DNA of 56,209 bases, counting the filler, from Sphacelaria rigidula (taxonomy: Eukaryota), in NCBI GenBank assembly GCA_964200075.2. It is 6 parts of 6 records of this genome, joined end to end, with 100 filler letters (N's around TTAATTAATTAA, not from the genome) between each part and the next. Parts side by side here need not be neighbours in the genome. Positions count along the whole stretch, not along the records: positions 18,775 to 28,061 come from CAXNAA020008839.1; positions 28,162 to 37,444 come from CAXNAA020008840.1; 4 more parts are not named here. One strand, 5' to 3'. The notes under the pieces are model-generated. The model searched no databases. It was not told the DNA's origin and saw nothing but the letters and a program-made list of their open reading frames with translations. Position numbers and translations under genes: made by a program. Of this stretch, positions 26,414 to 36,990 are shown piece after piece. The first letter of the stretch is position 1; each line of letters opens with the position of its first letter.

Positions 26414-27072
26414 CCACGTCACCGCCTTATCACGTGACTGCCGACGACGTGACCGCACAACCTCTCCGCCTGCCCGTGTCCCATATCTCCGGCCACCAGA
26501 TTACTCGCGGACGAGGAGGCAAAATCGCCGTCATGTTTAAGACCCACTGACACGGTCCCCGGCGAGTGTCTTGGGAACGCGAATCCGACCTTCAGTTGCA
26601 CCGCCGCGCAATTCTCCTCTACTGGACGCAACCCGCACAGCAACATCATGCTGACAACAAGAAATATCGCGATATGCGCCGCGGCGCTGCGACACGCGAA
26701 CTTCATCGCAACAAAGGACTAAGCTTTGTTGCCGATGGCTACGAGTTAGTACCCGCGAAACGATGGGATGATCAGATCCACGCAAAACAGGGCGTGCTCC
26801 CCAAAGGTGACTACTTGTGGTACAAGGGCGGCGACAACCTCTGGTGGTTGGGTCAAATACACTCAGTCGTCCCTCTCGCGGCGGATGCCTACATCGTTCG
26901 CTTCATCGATGATCCTGGACCCGTGCAGCGCAAGCTCCATCCAGAGTTATACACAATAAGTCCATCAACACCAAATGGTTCCTGGTGCCTACGAAGGCTC
27001 AAATCCAAGGGCCTCCATCGAGGCATCCAGCGCAATGTCGATTGCACTCACGACGTCAATGCACCGTCTTGA
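26412..27072 (+). pseudogene. Ty3/gypsy pol C-terminal fragment (chromodomain-like plus aromatic-rich tail), one in-frame stop
   Basis: TTSPPYHVTADDV…ISGHQITRGRGGKIAVMFKTH*HGPRRVSWERESDLQLHRRAILLYW…GDYLWYKGGDNLWWLGQI…YIVRFIDDPGP…GSWCL. SWExxxDL is the chromodomain C-terminal signature. Confidence 0.75.
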
Positions 27073-27476
27073 GCTTTCACACGCTTCCACTCAAATCCCT
27101 GCCTACAACGCGATGTGCATCTCCCTCCTAGTTTCGTTTTTGGAACATTCTTGTCTTTCATTACACAGGTACGACGCAATCATGCTAAATTTACCACTCA
27201 CGTCAACACCCTATACCAACGGAGCTAACTTGGAGCGCCACCAGCGGACCACGACTGGAGCTTGCCTGGAGCGCCTTCATCCATTACCGGAGTCATCGCT
27301 TTCATTCCTTACACTTTTATGGCTGGCGCCAGACCCGTTTGGGTCGTTGGTCTGCTGATCTTCTGTTTCCCTTTCCAAGGATCCCATCATGCAATAGTTA
27401 CATTGGATCGCCTTTTGGCGTAGAATCTGGTGTTCCCTGCGTAGACCAGTATCCCCTGTACTTTCCCCGATTTGCC

Positions 27477-28061
27477 TCGTTTTCTTTCTAGCTAGCGCGT
27501 CATAGCGTCGTGTGCTCTTCCGTTTAATCGCTAGCCGCAGCAGCGTTGTGCGCTCCTGCACTTTTCAGCGCAATCGCGCAATCGCGCTTCTTGGGAACAG
27601 CATTTGTTTTTCTTGTATTAGGTGTGGGAGGATCGGGCAAAGGGTTGGCCATCACCCTAATGAGGACTGTGTGTATTTTTTAATGACTTCACGAGTGATG
27701 AAAAGTATCAATTTTCTTTGCTTTGATATTTTTATTGCAACCGACTGTAATGGAGGCTCCTCTGGATGGGCTAGTGTCATCAGATGGAGAGGCGGTTGCA
27801 GTATCTCCTCCTCGGACTCGCAGGTCACGAGCATTGTGCAAACATAGGATCATTATGTGTAGGCACACGGAACCTTGGCGAGGCTCCGTGGGGCAGATGC
27901 GCTTTGGGAGCAGGTGGAGATCAGATCGATGTTTTCCCCGGATCCCGGAGGGCAGCACGCCTGCCTAGTATAGACGATAGGTCCAGGGAGAGGCTGACCT
28001 TCCCCCACCTGTCCCCACTCTCAGCTTGGACGTTCAGCCATCAACCATTACATTGCCTCTG
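27477..28061 (-). repeat. Right arm of ~600-bp inverted repeat (truncated by assembly gap)
   Basis: Mirror of 25807-26413; the match runs right to the N block at 28062. Confidence 0.92.
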
Positions 28062-29595
28062 NNNNNNNNNNNNNNNNNNNNNNNNNNNNNNNNNNNNNNN
28101 NNNNNTTAATTAATTAANNNNNNNNNNNNNNNNNNNNNNNNNNNNNNNNNNNNNNNNNNNNGGGTCCTCGGGAATCTGGTCCATTCGGACCGTTCCCACT
28201 TGAACCTGCTTGCTCTGGCTCTTTATACACGTGTGGCATCAGTCTCTGATAGGTCACTGCAAAGAGGTATTCCCGACATCCATATATAGATATAGATATC
28301 ACGGAACACCAAAGTACGAGCTTGAAAAAAATGAACGCTTATCGCACAGACGGAAAGGGAATGAAAAATGTGCGGAAAGGGCAAGAAAGCGGCTAAGGTG
28401 AATTCACCAGCCACACTCATAGTACCTGGTGTTGTAGTAGCGGATGGATACCGGGTGGATCCCGGGTGAATGCCAAGAGGAAAACCGACAGTATTTGACA
28501 ATGTAGTGGGTACTGAGAACGCTTCCAAATAAACCACACTCTGAACAATAGATTATGTCGTACAAAATTATACTGCGCACAGTATCGGCTATTGTGTCTA
28601 TTGCAATAGACAACAGATTCCGTACCGTATGCAGTACAAGTTTTGACAATGAAGCCTATTGCCATTCTCCAGGATGTGAAACAAACGACTACCGTATCGG
28701 ATACTCCTTGGAACTGGGCGGCCCGTGCCAACCTCTAGCCCTATAGTGAGTGCACTGTGTGTCGGGGTTCAAGGGTGTATACTTACTTCGTGGTGTCGAA
28801 ATGCGGGGCCAATGCCGACATATCACTGTTGTATCCACACCGGTGCGTGCATATCTTAGCAACGGCAACAACGAGCGAGACGGTACTCGCAGCAGCCCTT
28901 TATGGCTCGGGTCCCAGGGGAAGGAGTTCTTGTCGCGCATAGGGCATGTCATGAGACTGTCGAAGCCTTGTCGCACAGGTTAGAGCGCCCTACATCTTGC
29001 TTTACTGTACTCTAGTGCCAAGTGTCTATGATCTTTGCGCCTCCAGCGCACAACAAAAACACGCTGTATTAAGCTACCCTGTACGGTGGCTACAGATGCC
29101 GCACGAGTGGAATCAAATCCGTGGAAGGCTGTCTACCTGATAAGCTTACGTGCTTCACGACAGCTCCCGCCATTGAGTGGAAAGCAGCTACACGTCCTGT
29201 CTGCAGTCGATCCGTCTGTGCCGTCGTAGATTTACTCGCCCCACTCGACTGAGAGCTCCGTGCTCGTTCGTCGTATCTTCCTGCCATCATCGACGCTCGT
29301 GTGTAGCATACGCGCGACGAAGGCCCTGACTGTTACGCATATAGTATCGTGTTTCAACCCTCTCTTCCCAGAGGAATTTTCCCGCCGTATTCTCTCGCAT
29401 GTACCGCAGAAGAAAGTGCGAAATCACAAGAGTATGTGTCCACGTGCTCTAAACCCATCGCACTATTGCACTGTTTTTTTCTTTTTTTTTACGTTATTCC
29501 GATGGTAGTACAACATTCAACATAATTGTGCACGTTGAAGAAAAAATATCACAATCCAAAACGTTCTCCATTTCCCCCGCCTGCCGCCGCGACAT

Positions 29596-29689
29596 CCAAT
29601 CAGCTGAGCAACAGGCGAAGAGTCACAAGGCTATCGCATGAATCTCCGCATTGCGTGGCATCGAAATCTATCACAACGGGAAGACCAAT
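29596..29689 (+). promoter_or_regulatory. Two CCAATC boxes just upstream of the putative ybeY start
   Basis: CCAATC at 29596 and 29685, about 110 and 25 nt before ATG 29709. Motif occurrence only. Confidence 0.25.
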
Positions 29690-29708
29690 CACAAACGCGG
29701 GCGTGTAT

Positions 29709-30281
29709 ATGATGAGCCTGGGCATGCGGAGGGAACAAGCGACAGCAACATCAACAAGGCATCGTCCGTGTCTCTACAGGTCCTTTAGCCCGCAGAGGTC
29801 GGTTTCATTATCTTCGCCATCGCCTCCCGCTTCCCGTGGGTCGGAAACTCAATCAAGTGCCGTCACTAGGACGAAGAGGGATAGGGCGACGATGGGTACA
29901 CGTAGACGCAGTACTTGTGCTCTGGAGAACGGCGATGGTAGTCGGGAGCTTGGTCGGGGGACGCAGCAGCAGCGACTGCGGGATGGAGAAGGAGAGGGTG
30001 GCGTGGATATTGGTTGGGAGGAGACAGGCGTTGCTGGAGAAGGCCGTGACGGAGGCGAAGAATACAGGGGGGTGTTCAAGGGAGATGTGGGGCTTGCAGC
30101 TCTGGCTGATGAGTTGGTGTGGCGAGGGGATGACGAGACTGATAATGTGGATGATCACGATGAGGATGGGCGAGAAGATGATGATGGATTGGATGATGCA
30201 GAAGAGGAGGGGGAAGGCGTGGACGTGAATTTGGACTGGTCTGGGTTCGAGGGAGCGGACGATTTGCCAGCGACATTGATG
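29709..30281 (+). CDS. ybeY: YbeY exon 1 (Ser/Arg/Thr-rich leader plus acidic tract; start uncertain)
   Basis: Lies in ORF 29526-30356. Donor ATG|GTGAGA at 30281/30282 is in phase 0 with the next exon; a weaker alternative donor is TAT|GTAGGT at 30323. Confidence 0.65.
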
Positions 30282-33004
30282 GTGAGAGAACAAGCGCGCG
30301 AGGGAGGAGGGGAGGGGAGCTATGTAGGTCGTTTGAGTGCTGCTTGCTGTACTTGAACTCTCTGAAGCCCGAAGATTAGTTTTGCGGTGTGTGTGTAATG
30401 TGTGTATCGCTGTGGTCAATAGCTGTGCTCTCATGTTGATTTGAGTTGATTAACTTCCGACGAAAAAAGGAGAGATGAGAGACAAGTAGACACAAAGAGA
30501 GACAGACAGAGACGGAAATACCCAGTTTCCCCTGTTTTGCTCGCTTTGAAATATGTATCTATGTGTATATGTGTCGATGTATCTACGTATGTGTTCAGAC
30601 GAGCAGGCAAGTCGGACCGTGAAAGGGGCGAGAGTTCCACCCGCCTAAACAGGGAGGGCAAGGCAAATGTGTTTGTGATGTTGTATGTGCCCCGCCGTCA
30701 CCCCATCCTTTATTTTGACCTTGTGTGTATGTATGTGTGTATGTGTGTGTTTTACGTGCCATTTTCCAGGCGGGGGGTGAAGAAGAAGACCCGGAGAAGG
30801 TGAAAAAAGAGCTTGCTCGACAGTGGGGAACGGTACGTGTAGAAAATGACCAAGATGTGTACAAGGTGGACACGGCCGTGCTCGAGGGCCAGGTACGCAG
30901 CTGGCGCTTTTGAAACAACGACTGTTCTACACGTGTCTCACTGGGCACGATCTTGTGAGGGGTGCCGTTATCTCGAAGCGTCGCTCAATGGACATGTTGT
31001 AGTTTCCTTGCTTGTTTTTTTCTCCAAGGTGATGTGACTGTGATGAAAAAATGTGTTGTATTGTGAGCCCGATGTAAAGCGGTGTGTTTGTGTGTTTGTG
31101 TGTTTGTGTGTTTGTGTGTGTGTGTTCGTGTGTTTTGTTGTTCAGTGACCGCTCGCTAAGTTCTGTAAAACGCTGTCGTCGCCGTATGGTGCACATTATA
31201 CTATTAAGGGACGAGGCGTCATTTTTCACGTACTGCTTACTTATCTCAGGGCTTTTCTCGAGGGAAGTGCGGGGGGCGTGGGTTGTTCGGATATTCTACC
31301 CCACACCGTGTAGCTCTGGGTCGCAGTGCGGCCATTCAGGCCGTTTTTCCTCGTTCCAATTGTTTTGAGCTTCGCTTTGGGGCATCAAAGATGTCTCCGA
31401 CACATATATTGAATTCCCACCCTTTTGTTTTCGTCTCTTCTGCATTCGTACAACTGCGAAACTTCTTCTTGAATAAATTCAGCTGCGGAAGGCTATGGAG
31501 GTACTCTGCTGCCAGCATTGGGATGTTGGGGTCAGCCTGACGTACGACAATGAGCTGCAGCAGCTCAACAAACAGGCAAGCGAAAAAAGACGCCCGTCGG
31601 TCGCTTGGTCCGTTTAGTGAAAAGTGTTTCTGTACGGATCCAATTAGAGGAATTGAAGTTATCAAAAGATCGGTATACCTTGTCGCTTTTGGTCAATTGG
31701 GTGAGTTATTGACTTATTTTTACCCATTCACCGCTCGCAAACATATCGAAAAGAAAAATACGCGAGACAGTGCTTGGCGCAGATACAAAATTGCGGGAAA
31801 AAAACGACAAAAGCTGCCCCGTACCCTGAACGGACACGGAAGGGCAGGGATACTTGTTCGTCTTCAAGTCCTAGGGTGCGACATATTTACTGACCAAATT
31901 TGGCCGATTGTGGCCACTTTCGTACCTTGCTTCGGCCATTCCTATACCCTATCGCGACCACTATTGACATGGCCGATCCGTCCCGTATGGGATAATGGTC
32001 GTTGTGACGATGACGACACACGACCTGTAGCGACCAGTTTTGGCTGGATTTGCCATTGAGAATAGTTGTCAACCACTACAACACCCTAAATCGGCCAAAA
32101 ACGGCGTAATATCGGTACTTTTTTCTTTTTCTTTTTTTTCTGGCGGTTTTTCTGTCCAAAAGGTATCGATTTTTACTTTAATTTGTTTTTGTACAAAAAC
32201 TTCTAGATAGCAAAAGCTAGCATGCTCCCCTGTTGAAGAATAGGGCTAGTAATGTCTCGAAATAAGATGTGGGGAAAACATCGGCATCAGCATCCATCAT
32301 ATGGTGGCACTATATTCAAAATGAACCCAATAAAAGGGCCCTAAGAAGGAGTCATGCCTGGGTTGTGCAGGATTTGCACGAGATTCCTTGTTCACCCGGA
32401 GGGGTGGGAGGAGGGAGGGGGTACTCATGATCTTGCATGCCGTGGTCGTAGGACCATTGACCTTGCATCCCCACAAAACCGGGACGGAGCATGCCGGGTT
32501 TTTGCCGGACCAGGCTTGCACTGAAACCACCAAGCGCGAAGCGCCGTGGTGTGTTCGGCGAGTTGCATGAAGAGTGAGCCGCATCCTGCTGAGATTATTA
32601 GGCCCGAAGCCTACTGGTAATCTTGCATTTGGACGACAGCCTCCACGGAGTTACTCCATTCTCTGGTATCGCCACTTCCAGAGACAGCCACGGGTTCCAC
32701 ACCGCCTCCCCTTTGCGCGGAATTGAGGTTTTCCCCCCCGCACGATATGATCCAACTCGACCACCGTCATGGTCACCAAAAATAATTCGAGCAGCAAAAA
32801 TGGCGGTAACCTGGTTGCCTAGCTTACGCAGTGAGTGGAGTGTTTCACAGAGTCGTTGCCAACCGATGTTAACACTCAAAACGGCATGGGGGGCGTTCTC
32901 ATGTGTTGCTTGCCTTAGCCGTTTAACCATTGACCACGCATCCCTTTCGAGACGGAGCACCGGGGGGGGGGGGGNNNNNNNNNCGTGAGTGGGGGGACGT
33001 GGGT

Positions 33005-33036
<32 letters not shown>

Positions 33037-33302
33037 GGGGGGGGGGGGGAGTTCCCAACCGTGGTCCTTCTGCTGTTTTCACATCTGCTCTTGTTCGACC
33101 CGACAAAATAGGGAACAGGGCCCACGTATACACATAAATCCTGCCGTCGGTACTACGGTGTTTCTCCCGCTGCCTCTCCCTCTTTACACACGACTTCCGG
33201 CAAACTACGCACACACGGCAGTACCGAGGAGTGGACAAGCCGACGGACATTCTTTCCTTCCCGATGCACTACATGGCGGATTCACCATCGGTTCTTCCCA
33301 AG
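29709..33302 (+). CDS. ybeY: YbeY/UPF0054-family endoribonuclease (rRNA maturation), spliced, 3'-incomplete; exons 29709-30281, 30770-30892, 31483-31575, 33222-33302
   Basis: Hand splicing gives ...DDLPATLM|AGGEEEDPEKVKKELARQWGTVRVENDQDVYKVDTAVLEGQ|LRKAMEVLCCQHWDVGVSLTYDNELQQLNKQ|YRGVDKPTDILSFPMHYMADSPSVLPK. LNxxYRGxDxPTDxLSFP is the YbeY signature. All junctions are phase 0: ATG|gtgaga..ccag, CAG|gtacgc..tcag, CAG|gcaagc..gcag, AAG|gtacgt. Start ATG at 29709 is tentative (29892 is an alternative). The HGxxHxxGxDH exon was not found. Confidence 0.88.
30770..30892 (+). CDS. ybeY: YbeY exon 2
   Basis: ttttccag acceptor, 41 codons open, CAG|GTACGC donor. Confidence 0.82.
31483..31575 (+). CDS. 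ybeY: YbeY exon 3 (ends at a GC donor)
   Basis: ttcag acceptor; encodes LRKAMEVLCCQHWDVGVSLTYDNELQQLNKQ; CAG|GCAAGC donor joins in frame to YRGVDKPTD. Confidence 0.88.
32415..32708 (+). repeat. Family A copy within ybeY intron 3
   Basis: Shares AAGCGCGAAGCGCCGTGGTGTGTTC, GCATGAAGAGTGAGCCGCATCCTGCT and CGAAGCCTACTG with 21413-21720. Confidence 0.85.
33222..33302 (+). CDS. ybeY: YbeY exon 4 (YRGxDxPTDILSFP motif)
   Basis: gcag acceptor, 27 codons, AAG|GTACGT donor. Confidence 0.92.
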
Positions 33303-33335
33303 GTACGTACATGTGTGAATGCTCTCTCTCTCGTT

Positions 33336-33368
<33 letters not shown>

Positions 33369-35481
33369 ACTTATTACTTTCATTGCCTTGTGTTTGTTCA
33401 CCCCTCTTTTATTTTTTCTGTTGTTCCCCCCATATTTATCATTTTCCGATTTCCATTCACTAGTGCACGTGCTTATTTTGTATCTTCAAATTTGGTACGT
33501 CTGGTGGCCTGCGACCAAGAACGGCAGCTGGATTAGTGGTAGATCAGGGGCTTCATGTGCGATAATGTGTGCGAAAATCAAACAATGAATTGATGAATGA
33601 ACCAATCGATACAAGCCCGTAACGGTACTGTTATGGGTGCGCCTGACCCCCCGAAATGAACAAAAAAAGTGTCACTGACCAAAAACACGAAGGGACCACA
33701 GATCTTGTTCAGCCCCTGATTATGCACGCCGTAAAAAAGCCCAAAGCACTTGCGATTTGAGTGGGGTTTCCACTTTATAGTTTCGGATGTTTCTCGTCAC
33801 AGACTACGAACCACGGCGTGGCTCGGCTACTCACCGGCGTGTATTTGCCCAAGCTACAATCTTGGTGCCACCGTTTGGCGAAATAAGTTATGATGATCGA
33901 GAAAGTCGCAAAAAAACCTATGTTTACCCCTACTTAATTCGTCATAAAACTCGGATCCTGGTGAGATTGAAAACAAATTGAACCAGAGTTGTAGCTGTTG
34001 TTTTGGCGAAGATAATGTAAAATACCGTATCCCAATCGATGGCCTTGGCTAGGAGTATTATCTGAAACAGATCGGACTATCAGCCCAAACAAACGCTTCC
34101 AACCCTCGCCAGTTTTCACGACACGCAAAAACCTCACCCCTGTCCAACGGCCTCAGAATATGTGACACACATGAATGACTCTTGATACTGGTACGAACAA
34201 CAGAGACAACGTAGTGCAGATGGTTGATACATCGGGTGTGTGCAATATTTTTGAAAAGTGTAGAATTTGAACCCTCGACCGACCTCCAAGCCGTCTCTGT
34301 CTGTGCATCGCTCGTGTCGGTGGCATGAGTAGCGCTCGTTCTCCTGCACCGAGTGCAATTACCGCGTCATCGATAACGTACGTTAGTATCTAATCTCACT
34401 TGACGGCAACTAGGGGCAAACGGAAGGAGAAATATGAGCCATCTGGTATGCTGGCGCGCCGGAAAAAGTACAAGAAAATAACCGACCCGTATGCTGAACG
34501 CGATGGCCACATACTCCAGCAGGTGGCACGGATGGGTCGCACGGAAGCAAGCAAGAATCGCCGTGACCTTGCAGCAGCGAAGCGAACAAACTTGAAAACT
34601 GAAAGCATATCCCCGACCTAATGTTGATGGAGCAGATTTGCAACGCTCGTATTTCAGTACTTTGGCCGAAGTGTTGATGGTGTGGGGTATGACGGTATAG
34701 TAAGTGTGTGTGGTGTGGACGCAGCGGGAACGGCCATAACCCCAACAAAGGCATACCGAGAAACAGTGTTTTTCAGGCGTAGTGTGCGTTACCAGACCTT
34801 ACATCGGCGCCCCGCCGATTTAGACAACAACGCGTTCTGCGCACGCTAGGAGTACGCCTGGAGCACACCCCCCTTCAAAGACCCGGATTTCGGTGTCTAC
34901 ACTAAAAAGTAAATTCAAGATAGACTAACTTACCCTCCCGGATTGCAAACTATGCTGCGTCATCAAGACGGCATAACATACAGCATCAAGTCGTCGGTCC
35001 ACTCTTGCTGAAGCCACACGGCACCCAAGCCCCAGTCATGTCTTTCAGTTGACCCACCCGTTTTAAGACACGCGTCTGTTGTAATCGGCACTGGTGGGTG
35101 ACACACGGCGACGGTTTGTTTCCAGTCCCTCTTGGAACACAAATATCTTTCGAGTCCGATGAAGTATCATGTTCATGAAATGAAAAGTCATGTCCACGGA
35201 ATAACAAATACGCTTCCACAAGGCGAGTCATTCATCCGCCAATAATTGCGGAACGATGACACCCGATAAATCAAGCTCCTCAAAACATGACGAGGTGGTC
35301 GACCAACATCCACCCAGCCCACATTACACGCCCGGCGACTGTTTGCACTCCACTCGTCGGTGCAAGGTGTTGAATCCTTAACTCATTCGTTGCACATATT
35401 AGGTAGTCACGTTGAGAATACATGGTACAAAACAGACAGTATTGCAGTGAGTGAAGAGTTGTGCCCGTCATGACTGAAAGC

Positions 35482-36990
35482 CAGGGTTGCATTTCGGACC
35501 GAGAATAAGTTCGATAGATATTCTTAGAATATTGAACCACAACCGCCGATACCGACATTTTTGTCGATCTTCCGAAAATGACCCGATACTCATCGAGTAT
35601 CGATATCCGATACGATACGGCTGTTTTGGTATGGCTGCAGTGTACAAGATCGAGCAGTACACTGGCACACTGACACTCTCACTGACTATTGTAGGTCGCT
35701 TAAGATACCACATGCCCTCGACAGATTTTCAGAGCCCACTTAATCCTCACTAGGCGGCATTGTAACCATCTCGTGGAGAGAAAGTAATCGAGCTTTGGAA
35801 ATCGCTCCTGATGGTGCGGTATCTCAAGCAACCTACGGTAGTTTCCAGTGGACAGCAGTTGGCACATGATGTACAACAGCGGGTAGTGTGCACATTGACA
35901 TCATAGCAGCGGCAGCATGCGGATACACAGCTGTCTTGCGAATATCTTTCGTCGTGCAAGAGGTAGTTGATCACAGCGGGCCGGGTGTGGTATTAGTTAT
36001 ACTGTTTTCATTTTTACGGTCACTATATTCCGTGTGTTTCCATCGAATGAGCGCATACCTCGACTCCGCACATTCATTAGAAAAGGAAGAGGTGTCAAAC
36101 CTCGATCATGCACAAGCTCAAGTGCGAGCTGTTTTTCTCAACGTTCTTCACTACAAATATGAAGAAACGTCGGCAGTATGCGTCAAGTTTTAATTTTGGA
36201 TGCCAAATATATATATATATATATTTGTATGTCACCGACCAAGAAGAAAAAACCACTAAGCTTGAAACAATTAGAACGTTTACACTATTGGATGGAGGGG
36301 AAAATACATCCAACACTCGTTAAACATGAAGGAAAGGCGAAGCAACAGTACCATCTCCTCATACTCCGAAGAACAGCTGTTTTCTACCGTTATCTGCAGC
36401 TTTGCATTGATCGTGACCTCATACCTGCTTCGCCACGCCACCCGTATGTTGCCGTTGGTAAACACCTCCGCTGAATCATACCACTAAACCCTAAACCCAC
36501 GAGGCACCAGCGGTGTGTGGTGAAGCGGACCTCGTGGAGTGAGGGATGGGGGAAGGGGGGTGTACTCATGATTATGCATGAGTACACCCCCCCCCATCCC
36601 TCACTCCACGAGGTCCGCTTCACACACCACACACCACTGGTGCCTCGTGGGTTTAGGGTTTAGTGGTGTGATTCAGCGGAGGTGTTTTCCAACGGCAACA
36701 TACGGGTGGCGTGGCGAAGCAGGTATGAGGTCGTGCAGGGTTGCACATCAACTGGGGGTCTGCCGTTCGGGAGATACCACCCCCTGCGTTTATTGAGACG
36801 ACGGTTTCGAGAAATTGAGCTAATATGACAAAAAATAGACAAACATATCAAGCGTGTCGATATTCGATATTCGATATTCGATGTTGATACACGTCACATA
36901 TATCGGCTTTCTACGCTGCGATACTTATATGGCGTATCGCCGATATTTATCGAAATCGTATCGATTATCGATATCCGATGTGCAATTCTG
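35482..36990 (+). mobile_element. Second hAT-like non-autonomous element (CAGGGTTGCA ends, CGATA-rich subtermini)
   Basis: CAGGGTTGCATTTCGG at 35482 and CCGATGTGCAATTCTG ending at 36990. Flanks CTGAAAGC / CTGAAAAC match at 7 of 8 positions. Clusters of CGATA/TATCG near both ends. Confidence 0.7.
36415..36732. repeat. Near-perfect 318-nt palindrome (156-nt arms, 6-nt loop)
   Basis: 36415-36570 is the reverse complement of 36577-36732 apart from about 3 substitutions and two small indels; loop ATTATG. Confidence 0.97.

Noticed and set aside
34400..34621. Basic 73-aa ORF as a further ybeY exon
   Set aside because: No YbeY motifs or convincing splice sites; more likely a transposon fragment.
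36489..36503. CTAAACCCTAAACCC as a telomere
   Set aside because: Only two units, internal to a hairpin arm; too short to call.
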